Shown here: positions 28,284-37,089 of the stretch, piece after piece | How positions within the stretch are numbered: position 1 is the stretch's first letter | Layout of the letters: each line of letters starts with the position of its first letter | Source: Chitinivibrionales bacterium | GTDB taxonomy: Bacteria; Fibrobacterota; Chitinivibrionia; Chitinivibrionales; WJKA01 | Direction of reading: 5' to 3' | Assembly (NCBI GenBank): GCA_038247415.1 | Contig: JBBRUX010000033.1 | Location: forward strand, 1-45,274 | DNA length: 45,274 nucleotides | Notes under the pieces: generated by a model | Databases searched by the model: none | Seen by the model: only the letters and a program-made list of their open reading frames with translations | Told to the model about the DNA's origin: nothing | Made by a program: the position numbers and the translations under genes

Positions 28284-28859
28284 ATGAAAAATGTTGGCTT
28301 GATTCTTCTCTCGTTATTTTCTTTCAGTATCAGTGCCTTGGGCACTGATACTGCCTCTGCTTCTATTCTAAAACCAGAGATCGCAACCTACAGTTACAAT
28401 ACTGTCCCGCATGATCCTTTTGCCTCTGCATTGTTCTCTGGAATCGTCATGGGGTCAGGGCAAATTTACAACAAGGAGTATGGCAGGGGACTTTTGTGTG
28501 GCTCAATTTATTACACAAATCTTCTGATTGTCTGGGGATTGATCAAGCATTTCGAAGCACTTAATACCGATACTGTATATATCAAGGGCATAAGCAAAGG
28601 CGAGGAGAAAATATTTCAGTTCTTTACCCCTAAACCCGATTCTGAACTGCGTGGACTTCCTGATAAAGAAAAAGCTCTTTTAGTTGCATCTATCGCAACG
28701 GTTGGTATAACGTGGGTATGGGGCATTGTTGATGCGTATCTAGGTGCCGAGCGCTACAATAGAAAAATATCCTTAACAAGTAGCGAAAATAAATTTTCCT
28801 GCCAGCTAGGATATGCAATGGATAGGGGAATGCTTCTTAATGTGGGTTTGAAGTTTTAA
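28284..28859 (+). CDS. DUF5683/TM2-like membrane protein
   Basis: ALFSG..MGSGQIYN..Y..G and W.I.DAY..A..YN motifs; C-terminal LNVGLKF. Confidence 0.6.
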   Translation: MKNVGLILLSLFSFSISALGTDTASASILKPEIATYSYNTVPHDPFASALFSGIVMGSGQIYNKEYGRGLLCGSIYYTNLLIVWGLIKHFEALNTDTVYIKGISKGEEKIFQFFTPKPDSELRGLPDKEKALLVASIATVGITWVWGIVDAYLGAERYNRKISLTSSENKFSCQLGYAMDRGMLLNVGLKF

Positions 28860-28918
28860 TGATATTTTGCAAAATTGATCCGCCTTGCGAGGTAGTAAAG
28901 ATTAATCTTCAGTATTTT

Positions 28919-31315
28919 TTATAGACCATGCACTTTGATTGAATCGTACAACCTGCTGGAGCAGGTATCGTATCCCCGCTGATTAGGATGAAGAATATCA
29001 CCCGGCGCAAACATAGCAGGGTTGAGGTAGGTACTGTCTGATGCTGCAAATTGATAATAGACATCCATCATATGGACATTGTATCCTTGGCTATTTCTAT
29101 CGGCTACAATAGCTCTTATTGAGTCGTTGAAATCTTGTGCAACCAACCAATACATCCCATAATACCCATATGCATAGGGTAGGCTCCCAAAAATATACAT
29201 GAGGGCTCGTGGGTTGCGATTGTAAATAGTTGAAAGAATTGCTCGAATACCATCGCGCTCGTAGCTATCGTATCCATGATTGACACCAAAGAAAATAACC
29301 CAGATATCGGCATTCAGATTAGTATATTGATTGCAGAGAGTAGCCATTTGTCCTGCATTCGTGCTTCCAAGGCTTATACACGAGTCGTCTGCTTGTGTCA
29401 TGAATCCGGTTAGCAGTGGCCCAACCGCGCGCACGGTCTGGTTACGGCTATAGTAGCTTCTTAATGAGTCAATAAGTTTTCTGCGGTAACCCCCCTGATT
29501 GGGATCTTGACCAAATCCAACCGAGATTGAATGCCCAAAAAAGCAGATTGATTTCTGGAGAATAATGTGAAACGATCCTGTTACGATCGAAGAATCTCCA
29601 TGAAGGTCGAATGCAGCTAAGCGGTAATACCATGTGCCGGTATCGCACTGCGTTGCAGTGAATGCTTGAGCCCGTCCGGAATAGAGTGTTGGAAGTGCGT
29701 TTTGGTTTTTTCCAAGCGAGAGTTTATAACGAATAGAATCGAGGTTTCCATCGGGATCTGTGGCAAAGAATGCAAAAGGAACTACTCCTTTGTCAAAGGT
29801 GCTGTCGTAGTACCTGACTAAGAGCGTATCCGTTGCACATGGCAGGGTAACCAATGGAATGTTGGGGGGTCGATTAAATGTAACAACAAAACTGTCAAGG
29901 GCAATGATCCCCAGTCGATTTTGCGCCCCTGCAATAACCTTGACTTGAGATACACCTTGATAAAAAATCTTTTTGGTGGGAATGCTCGCACTCTCTGCCC
30001 AAAAGGGTGTTCCGGTATTCCACAAGTATTTGGTAATAGCTCCTGCTGAGTCGGATGCTTGTACAAAAGCACCGAGCGTATCAGTGAGTGCAATGAGTGT
30101 ATCGCGAGGAACGCTTATTGTTGGAATGCTCATTCTGACCTGGATGAAACTTGAATCTAGGGGAGAATAAATTCCTCTTGAGTCAATACCAGTGCAGGTT
30201 ATAAAGTGTGATCCAGTTTGATTAATTGCAAATGCAGTAGTAAATGTAGGTGTTTTTGTGACCCAGGTATTTTTGGTATTGTCAATATGCCATTCGTAGG
30301 AAACGGGTGGACGCTTGGACAATAGCGTTTGTGCTGAAATACGAATTGAATCGGTGGCAAAAACAGATGAATCCGAAGGTGCAAGATGAATTCGTGGCGG
30401 GTCAAGTGTTACCACTTGGGAAAAATATGCAAGGGGAGATGTTAAACCTGATTTTGACTTCATACGCCCCGCAATGGTGTGCATACCTGTATCGTTCCAC
30501 ATCACTTTATATTGGTTGGTTTGGGTTATGGTTGTAAATGTTGCACCAGAATCGAATGACCATTCCCAAATGAGGGGAATGTGGTGTGAATCGGTGCCAA
30601 TAAACGTAAACGTCGTCGAGTCTTTTACAAATCCCGTGGTGCTGCCGAGTATGGTTGTCTGTGGTGACCACTGATTAATTTGTATGCGAAAATCCAGAGT
30701 ATCAGACGTGCGGCCATCGGGTGTTTTGGCAAACGTAGAAATCGTTTTTATCCCCGTATCTGTTAGGTTTGTGGCAAAAAAGAGGGATGGTTCCGATGTT
30801 GCTTTTGTAAATGGCATAGAATCGAGTGCCCAATAATAGATAATTGGTGTTGTGAGGGAATCGAGGCGAGAAATTCTGATGCTTATTGAATCGGTTTGCG
30901 TGATTACCGAGTCTCCAGAGATGCCTATGCGCGGGTACTGAGCTCTAATTGACACTTTCGCTGTATCAGGATTTGAAATAAGGCCGTTTGAGGCATGAGC
31001 TTTTCTAATAAGAATTGAGATGCCAGTATCTGCAAAGGTGAAGTTTCGGCACAGGCGAGGCTGATAGGTTGTATCTGACGATGTCCTGGATCCAATGAAG
31101 TTCCACGTATAAAAACTGATTTCGGCAGGCGCTTCAAGTTGAATGGCAAAGGTTGCAGTATCGCCAGCACGCAAGGTTGTGTCGGCCATTGGTTTGATGA
31201 TGGGGTGGAGCAGTGGTTTAGTAGGATTAGTGCACGAGAGAATGGTGCTCAAGAGCGCGAATCCAGTTGCGAGCAAATACCACCATATAATTATTATTCG
31301 TTGTTGCTTTTTCAT
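28919..31315 (-). CDS. Large lipoprotein with PKD/Ig-like repeats and C-terminal SGNH/GDSL hydrolase domain
   Basis: Lipobox ILSC; repeated Y.W..D and DTG...I motifs; FFGHSIS..GGYR..L, FFGVN, GDILHPN..GY. Confidence 0.8.
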   Translation of the reverse strand: MKKQQRIIIIWWYLLATGFALLSTILSCTNPTKPLLHPIIKPMADTTLRAGDTATFAIQLEAPAEISFYTWNFIGSRTSSDTTYQPRLCRNFTFADTGISILIRKAHASNGLISNPDTAKVSIRAQYPRIGISGDSVITQTDSISIRISRLDSLTTPIIYYWALDSMPFTKATSEPSLFFATNLTDTGIKTISTFAKTPDGRTSDTLDFRIQINQWSPQTTILGSTTGFVKDSTTFTFIGTDSHHIPLIWEWSFDSGATFTTITQTNQYKVMWNDTGMHTIAGRMKSKSGLTSPLAYFSQVVTLDPPRIHLAPSDSSVFATDSIRISAQTLLSKRPPVSYEWHIDNTKNTWVTKTPTFTTAFAINQTGSHFITCTGIDSRGIYSPLDSSFIQVRMSIPTISVPRDTLIALTDTLGAFVQASDSAGAITKYLWNTGTPFWAESASIPTKKIFYQGVSQVKVIAGAQNRLGIIALDSFVVTFNRPPNIPLVTLPCATDTLLVRYYDSTFDKGVVPFAFFATDPDGNLDSIRYKLSLGKNQNALPTLYSGRAQAFTATQCDTGTWYYRLAAFDLHGDSSIVTGSFHIILQKSICFFGHSISVGFGQDPNQGGYRRKLIDSLRSYYSRNQTVRAVGPLLTGFMTQADDSCISLGSTNAGQMATLCNQYTNLNADIWVIFFGVNHGYDSYERDGIRAILSTIYNRNPRALMYIFGSLPYAYGYYGMYWLVAQDFNDSIRAIVADRNSQGYNVHMMDVYYQFAASDSTYLNPAMFAPGDILHPNQRGYDTCSSRLYDSIKVHGL

Positions 31316-31455
31316 TCTAGAAAAATAAACATGGCCACTTTTAAAATCATTCTTAAGAGTAATAGAGAGTGCAGAGGATTATTTTTAAGCGGGTTTAAAA
31401 TAAGTAGGTACTGGTTCGTATGTTTTTTATCGTTGTAGATATAAGAGGAAAAATC

Positions 31456-33090
31456 ATGCTGACGCTTTCGGGTATTTCGAAAATTATTTCCGGAGAACCG
31501 CTCATCTCAAATGGCAGTCTTCAAGTGTATGCGGGTGAAAAAGTGGGTTTGGTTGGGCCAAATGGTGCAGGAAAAACCACCCTTTTCCGCCTTGTCACGG
31601 GGGAGGATCAACCCGATTCTGGCTCAGTTGCTTTGCAAAATGATACGAGAATGGCCTATTTTTCGCAAAAAGTTGGGGAGATGCGGGGACGGTCGGCGCT
31701 TGCAGAAGTGTTGGCCGGACATGAGAAAGTTCATGTGCTTGCAGAACGGCTTGCATCCTATGAAGACCAGCTTTCCGATCCAAATATCGATCCAGACACA
31801 ATGCAAACGGTACTCGAAAAAATGGGCGACGATCAGACTTTGTTTGAAAAAATGGGTGGATTTGCTTTAGAGTCTGCTGCCGAAACCATTTTGACAGGTT
31901 TGGGTATAGAACCATCGGATCATCATAAACCCGTTGAGCACTTTAGCAGTGGCTGGAAAATGCGCATAGCCCTTGCTAAGGTTCTTATTGTTGAGCCCGA
32001 CTTAATCCTCATGGATGAACCAACCAATTATCTCGATATGGAGACCATTCTGTGGCTTGAGAGCTGGCTCAAATCATTTAAGGGCGCAATTTTGTTGACA
32101 ACGCACGATCGTGATTTTATGAACGGAATTGTAAATAGAATTGTTGAGGTAGCACGCGGCAGTATAACGTCGTTTTCTGGAAATTACGATTTTTATGAGA
32201 AGGAAAAGGCAGTTCGCAGGGTTCAAAATGAATCTGAGTTTAATCGTCAACAGAGTATGCTTAAAAAAGAAGAAGCGTTTATTGCCCGATTTAAAGCTCG
32301 AGCAAGCCACGCAGCTCAGGTGCAGTCGCGGGTTAAAATGATTGATAAAATCGATAAGGTTGAGCTTATTTCAGATGATGCGCAGATGCGTATTGCGCTT
32401 CCCTCATTGCCACGCGGGGGAAATGATGTTATTGCTATGCAGTCAATTGAAAAAGTGTGGCCGCGCGAAAATCTTTCTCCTAAGGTTGTGTTTTCTGGAC
32501 TTTCGGCAACGGTGCATCGGCACGATCGCATCGCTGTGGTCGGTATGAATGGCGCCGGTAAATCAACATTTCTGAAGGTGCTCTGTGGGCAAACTGCGCC
32601 AACAGCGGGCTCTGTTGCAGTAGGCCCAACAATCTCGATCGGGTATTTTGGCCAGTCTTCGCTGGAGGAGCTCGATCCGTCGGCTACTATTTTTGAAATT
32701 CTTCAACAAAAATTGCCAAGAACAAATGATGCATCACTCCGCAATTTGCTCGCAGCGTTTCTTTTTTCTGGGGACGATGTTTTTAAAAAGATCAGTGTTT
32801 TGTCGGGTGGTGAAAAAACGCGTGTGATATTATCATATCTTCTTTCGATTCCATTTAATTGTATCTTGCTTGATGAGCCAACAAATCATCTGGATATTGG
32901 ATCCCGAGAGGTTCTACTGGAAGCATTGCTTCGTTACGAAGGAACGCTTATGTTTGTAAGTCATGACCGATTCTTTCTGCGTGCAATTGCAAATCGGGTG
33001 TTTGAAGTCGATAAAGGGAGTATCACATCGTATGATGGAGACTATCGCTTCTATCTCTCAGAAAAGCTGCGTCTTGGTAGATCCTTGTAA
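31456..33090 (+). CDS. ABC-F family ATP-binding protein
   Basis: Two ABC cassettes (GPNGAGKT/FSSGW/DEPTNYLD and GMNGAGKS/LSGGE/DEPTNHLD) with an interdomain linker; no TM segments. Confidence 0.93.
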   Translation: MLTLSGISKIISGEPLISNGSLQVYAGEKVGLVGPNGAGKTTLFRLVTGEDQPDSGSVALQNDTRMAYFSQKVGEMRGRSALAEVLAGHEKVHVLAERLASYEDQLSDPNIDPDTMQTVLEKMGDDQTLFEKMGGFALESAAETILTGLGIEPSDHHKPVEHFSSGWKMRIALAKVLIVEPDLILMDEPTNYLDMETILWLESWLKSFKGAILLTTHDRDFMNGIVNRIVEVARGSITSFSGNYDFYEKEKAVRRVQNESEFNRQQSMLKKEEAFIARFKARASHAAQVQSRVKMIDKIDKVELISDDAQMRIALPSLPRGGNDVIAMQSIEKVWPRENLSPKVVFSGLSATVHRHDRIAVVGMNGAGKSTFLKVLCGQTAPTAGSVAVGPTISIGYFGQSSLEELDPSATIFEILQQKLPRTNDASLRNLLAAFLFSGDDVFKKISVLSGGEKTRVILSYLLSIPFNCILLDEPTNHLDIGSREVLLEALLRYEGTLMFVSHDRFFLRAIANRVFEVDKGSITSYDGDYRFYLSEKLRLGRSL

Positions 33091-33091
33091 G

Positions 33092-33242
33092 AGCAATAAA
33101 TTAGATCGTTATTATTGCCCTTTCAATAAGCAATATTGACCGCCTTAGTCCTCAATGGGATAATAGGTAATGATAATGCCCTTGGTTTTGGGAATGGCAA
33201 ATTATTGGGGGATGCTTATTTGAAAGGAACTATTGAGGTATC
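33092..33242 (+). promoter_or_regulatory. Candidate structured 5' leader / cis-regulatory RNA
   Basis: Hairpin gcaataa/ttattgc (33092-33118). 14-bp stem 33119-33132 with 33213-33227 (one bulge). cctcaat (33150-33156) is complementary to the SD region attgagg (33232-33238). Confidence 0.4.
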
Positions 33243-34223
33243 ATGACCATCAATGTCGCAGAAGTAAAAAAAAGACTTTTAGGATTTTTGCATGATGACA
33301 ATCTGGTAAGCGAATATATTCGTGCGTATGGCCCTACTATAGATATAAAGCATATTAAGACGATTAAAGATGCAAAGACACAAAGCGTTGATCTGTCATC
33401 GAGCGGTACAGGAAATGACCCCACGTTTGACATTATGGTCTCGTGTCCGGTATGTAATCGTGAAGAGATCCCGTGTTACGAGCTGCGCGCAAAAAGCCAG
33501 AAGGTATCGCAAAACAAATTTCTTGTGCCGTGCTATGAGGGGACAACTGGCTATAAAACTGTAGATTATACGCTTATTGCGGTTACCGTTTGTCCTCGTT
33601 GCTTAATGGCATCTCCCGACAAAAAAGATTTTATTCGATCGGGCGGATTAATGCCGGGTGATACCGGAAAATCCCAATTGCCTTCAAATAGTATCATGAC
33701 ACTTCAGGAAAAAATTGGCGAACGTAAAGCTGTTCTTAAATCGGTAACAAACTACGAAGATTATTTTAAACGACCTCGATCAGGAGATGCAGCCATCGCA
33801 AGCTATCGATTGTGCATGGCCCGTGCAGCTACAGAAGCCAGCTATGAACAACCCTACTCATTTTACAAAATGGGAGCATATGCACTCAAAATTGCCAAGA
33901 TAATGAAGTCCATAAATATCGACAATAGAGAAGTCTTAACCGACGCCTTAGGCTTTTTCGAAGAATCGTATAGAACGTCCAATTGCCCTACCGAAGAAAT
34001 AGAAATGCAAGTTGTCTACACAATTGTTGCGCTGTATCTGCGATTGGGTGAGCAGAAAAAAGCAAATGCCTATATTGGCGCATTCTCTAGTCTGCATACT
34101 AATCGGGCAAATGACATGAGAGATAACCCCGCACTAACCACTACTATTATCGATAAGTGGACCGATCGTGCAAAAACATTGTGGGAAGATCGCGATCGCG
34201 ACGACCTTTTTAAAGATGAATAG
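33243..34223 (+). CDS. DUF2225-like protein (Zn-finger plus TPR-like helices)
   Basis: CPVC..CPRC pair, Y...V.VCP.C..A, AIASY.L; helical C-region with LYLRLGE. Confidence 0.7.
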   Translation: MTINVAEVKKRLLGFLHDDNLVSEYIRAYGPTIDIKHIKTIKDAKTQSVDLSSSGTGNDPTFDIMVSCPVCNREEIPCYELRAKSQKVSQNKFLVPCYEGTTGYKTVDYTLIAVTVCPRCLMASPDKKDFIRSGGLMPGDTGKSQLPSNSIMTLQEKIGERKAVLKSVTNYEDYFKRPRSGDAAIASYRLCMARAATEASYEQPYSFYKMGAYALKIAKIMKSINIDNREVLTDALGFFEESYRTSNCPTEEIEMQVVYTIVALYLRLGEQKKANAYIGAFSSLHTNRANDMRDNPALTTTIIDKWTDRAKTLWEDRDRDDLFKDE

Positions 34224-35124
34224 GCTTTGTCGCCACGTATGGCTCGTAGGGTGGATTGTTGTATGGTGTATACCACAGTCAATAGTGGCCATCAACACTA
34301 CTCCCATCGATTCCTGCATCGATAACTTAACTCAATCGTACTATAAACAGTATCGTGAATGCACCGGCGATACCACAAATGTGCCTGTGCCTGCTTTGCT
34401 TAAATGGAAGCAGGCTCTTGATTCTTGGGCCGCATCGCCTGAGTATCAACATGCGCTTGCTCTTTATAAAAAGGAAAATACCCAGGATACCTTAAAAATA
34501 AGCAGATGCGCTCTTGTGGTATGGAAAAAAAACTATGATGACCAGATGGAAAGAGCGCGCTCAAAATTTGTGCAGGATAGTATTGCAAAAGGGATACAGC
34601 GGGCAGATTCCCTTGAAATTGTTGCGGATATTGCGCGCAATGGGTCATCTCCATACGATTGGATGGCTCTACCCTTTGGCGTAATGAATAGAACTGTAGT
34701 ATATGTTCTCATGCGCCAGAACGCTCACTTTATTACTACATCGGATACTTTACTTACCGTACTTAATCACGATGATTCAAGCGCAATAACCCACATCAGT
34801 TATTTATTTCGGCTTGATGGTCGAATGCATGGCTATGTTTTACGAGGGGCGGAGGGATCTGCAGATTCTTTAGATCGATTTATACGAGTTGCGGCCTTGG
34901 GTATCGCACATGAGCTTGAAAAAAAGATTCAACGGGCACCAAAAATTCAGCGCGTAGGATTTTTTGATATTACCGATTCTACGTTTGTTCCTTTGGCGCA
35001 ATGGTCAGACTCAATGCATACTGCAAAAGTTGGGGTAATCATACAGAAACCGTACCGCTATATCCCTATCGCCTATGTCAATAATACGCTTCTCACCCCT
35101 AAAACAATCCTGCGCACAAAGTAA
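34216..35124 (+). CDS. Exported hypothetical protein
   Basis: ATG at 34216 overlaps the upstream stop; hydrophobic signal-like N-terminus; no recognised motifs. Confidence 0.6.
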   Translation: MNRLCRHVWLVGWIVVWCIPQSIVAINTTPIDSCIDNLTQSYYKQYRECTGDTTNVPVPALLKWKQALDSWAASPEYQHALALYKKENTQDTLKISRCALVVWKKNYDDQMERARSKFVQDSIAKGIQRADSLEIVADIARNGSSPYDWMALPFGVMNRTVVYVLMRQNAHFITTSDTLLTVLNHDDSSAITHISYLFRLDGRMHGYVLRGAEGSADSLDRFIRVAALGIAHELEKKIQRAPKIQRVGFFDITDSTFVPLAQWSDSMHTAKVGVIIQKPYRYIPIAYVNNTLLTPKTILRTK

Positions 35125-35169
35125 TTTTTTAAACATCGCATCCTCGTTTTTCAATAAGGGAATGGTTTC

Positions 35170-35562
35170 GTGGAGACATCTGAATCTCAAAAACCAAGGT
35201 TTATAGGGATTCTTGACCCTTTGATAATTTGCCTTGTAGGTGGATTGTCGTGGTATCTTTTTACTGTTTTCTCACAGATATCCCCTGTATGTTGCAAGAT
35301 ATATAAGGATAATGCGCTGGTGGCAACCTATGAGCTGAAAGAAGATAGAGATATTGATCTGGTAGGGGATGTGGGGCTCATGAAAGTACGCATTGAAAAG
35401 AATAAAGTTCGGGTACTTTCTTCGCCGTGCAAGCATGGCATTTGTGTGCACGCCACACCAATAGCGAATCCTTTTCAGCAGATTATTTGTGTGCCTAATC
35501 ATGTAACGATTCAGATTGAAGGCGCTGGAAAAGTTGGGAGGATTGATGGAATTGCCCAATAA
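35170..35562 (+). CDS. NusG domain II-containing (DUF1312) membrane-anchored protein
   Basis: N-terminal TM; VRV..SPCKHGICV..I..P.QQIICVPNHV.I motif. Confidence 0.85.
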   Translation: METSESQKPRFIGILDPLIICLVGGLSWYLFTVFSQISPVCCKIYKDNALVATYELKEDRDIDLVGDVGLMKVRIEKNKVRVLSSPCKHGICVHATPIANPFQQIICVPNHVTIQIEGAGKVGRIDGIAQ

Positions 35563-36679
35563 TGCTGATGCGCAAAACATTTACTTTACAAAAACAGTCT
35601 ACATTTTTATCGCCGTATCCCTTGCGATGCTCGAATTATTTATACCGCGTATCCCGCTCTTTCCCTGGATTAAGCCAGGCTTGGCGAATAGCATTACTAT
35701 GTTATGGATTATACGTTTTGGAGGGCGCGACGCGCTTCTTTTTACCCTTATGCGCATCCTTATTACAGGCTTCTACTTTGGATTTTCTTTTGTTACCCTT
35801 GCCCTTAGCGTGTGCGGAGGGGTATTTGCAACAATCGCCATGGGGATTGTTTTTGAAGTGCTAGGAAAACGTGGGCTTATTGGCGTAGTGGGAATGGCAA
35901 TCATTGGAGCTATGGTACATAATGTTGGTCAGGTTTGTGCCGTTTATTTTTTACTCGATCGCAATGCCGCTGTCTGGTATCAAGCGCCAATCATGGTTTT
36001 GGCTGCCCTATGCTTTGGCGGTATCTGTGCGGGCGTCTATCTTCTTGTGTCTCGGATTCCTCTACAGATACAAGGCGATTTTGTAGCGGTTCCACAACCT
36101 AGTAGAGCTTCCCCACAAAGAAGGGAAGTTGTCTTTACACTTGGGATTATTGTTGTATGTGTGGCACTTTCGCTCGTACCCAGACTTGATATATTGAGTA
36201 TTATTCTTGTAGCAATAATGCTCTTTATTTGGTGGATCGAAAAGGCAACAATGCAAACCTTTTTTGCACCGATCAGGAAATTCTGGTTGTTTTTTGTATG
36301 TGTTGGAGTTGCTTCGTTATTCTTTACATACGGAAAAGTTTTACCGTATGTAACTTTTGTGACCTATGAAGGTGTGCATGAAACTGCTTTGCAATGGGTT
36401 CGATTATATTGCTGGCTTCTGCTTTCGATTCTCTTTAAAAAAGCTGGATTTCACACCGTTATGCTTTCGCTTTTGAGCACACTATTTCGCTCGTACCCAT
36501 CCACTCTTCATGCGGGATTATATGCACTTGAAAAGTTTCCCAGCTTTATAGCTCACATGAAAATGGAGCCTCGGGTAGGTGTGTTAGAAATGCTAAAACA
36601 TCCTCAAATAACTATCGATTCAACGGTGCATGCAGCGCTTGATATTGTAAATAAGATGGTCGTTAAAGAACAACCATAA
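35546..36679 (+). CDS. Gx transporter family protein (heptaprenyl diphosphate synthase component I-like) fused to an EcfT/CbiQ-like membrane domain
   Basis: LE..IP..P..P.IKPGLAN and GAMVHNVGQ motifs. Extra C-terminal TM domain with F...G......VTYEG......RL and P.F, resembling EcfT. GGAGG SD before ATG 35546. Confidence 0.75.
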   Translation: MELPNNADAQNIYFTKTVYIFIAVSLAMLELFIPRIPLFPWIKPGLANSITMLWIIRFGGRDALLFTLMRILITGFYFGFSFVTLALSVCGGVFATIAMGIVFEVLGKRGLIGVVGMAIIGAMVHNVGQVCAVYFLLDRNAAVWYQAPIMVLAALCFGGICAGVYLLVSRIPLQIQGDFVAVPQPSRASPQRREVVFTLGIIVVCVALSLVPRLDILSIILVAIMLFIWWIEKATMQTFFAPIRKFWLFFVCVGVASLFFTYGKVLPYVTFVTYEGVHETALQWVRLYCWLLLSILFKKAGFHTVMLSLLSTLFRSYPSTLHAGLYALEKFPSFIAHMKMEPRVGVLEMLKHPQITIDSTVHAALDIVNKMVVKEQP

Positions 36680-36685
36680 GTTTAC
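36622..36685 (+). repeat. Direct repeat copy 1 (attL-like; current 3' end of the Gx gene)
   Basis: aacggtgcatgcagcgcttgatattgtaaataagatggtcgttaaagaacaaccataagtttac; 54/64 identical to 39130-39193 by manual alignment. Confidence 0.9.
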
Positions 36686-36697
36686 TATTCATACTTT

Positions 36698-36738
36698 ATT
36701 TGACTCAAGGATGTAAATAAACATCCTTGAGGTTAGGT
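36698..36738 (+). terminator. Strong hairpin just downstream of the Gx gene and the convergent hicB remnant
   Basis: ctcaaggatgt (36704-36714) and acatccttgag (36721-36731) form a perfect 11-bp stem, extendable by atttgac/gttaggt with G-U pairs. No clear U-tract. Confidence 0.45.
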
Positions 36739-36773
36739 AAATACGATGTAAGTATCCGGCTACAGTTTGATTT

Positions 36774-36982
36774 TCAAGCGTACACGAGCCGACCCCATGG
36801 CGCAGGAATTGAACGGCCCAAATCTCTCGAGGTTTCGATCCACTCATCAATTACAACTTCCACCTTCTGTAGAGCAACCTCGTAGGTCTCCCCGTCAGAG
36901 GCACAACCTGCAAGTTCCGGAACTTCAGCAATAAATGTCTAATCTTCATCAGACCAAAAATTATAACTTCATATTTAACCAT
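36774..36982 (-). pseudogene. hicB: HicB-family antitoxin pseudogene
   Basis: Reconstructed MVKYEVII(F)WSDED*TFIAEVPELAGCASDGETYEVALQKVEVVIDEWIETSRDLGRSIPAPWGRLVYA. 1-bp deletion in the A-run 36956-36960 and a TAG at 36941-36939. Confidence 0.88.
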
Positions 36983-36993
36983 TTTCCAATACT

Positions 36994-37072
36994 CCTAAAC
37001 GATTCGCAAAGTGGGGAGCCATGGGCACCTAGTGCCCTGAGCTATAGTCCGATTGAAAGCTGCTTGTTGACG
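36994..37072 (-). other. Degenerate integron attC-like site
   Basis: Minus strand cgtcAAC-aagcagc-tttcaatcggac ... gggcac/gtgccc central stem ... ccactttgcgaatc-GTTtagg. About 79 bp long, starting ~17 bp after a stop and ending ~11 bp before the hicB ATG. Confidence 0.5.
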
Positions 37073-37089
37073 AAAAGAATATGCACTGT

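Noticed and set aside
36939..36941. TAG recoding (pyrrolysine or readthrough) in hicB
   Set aside because: The same gene also has a frameshift, and TAG serves as a normal stop elsewhere in the window, so decay is the simpler explanation.
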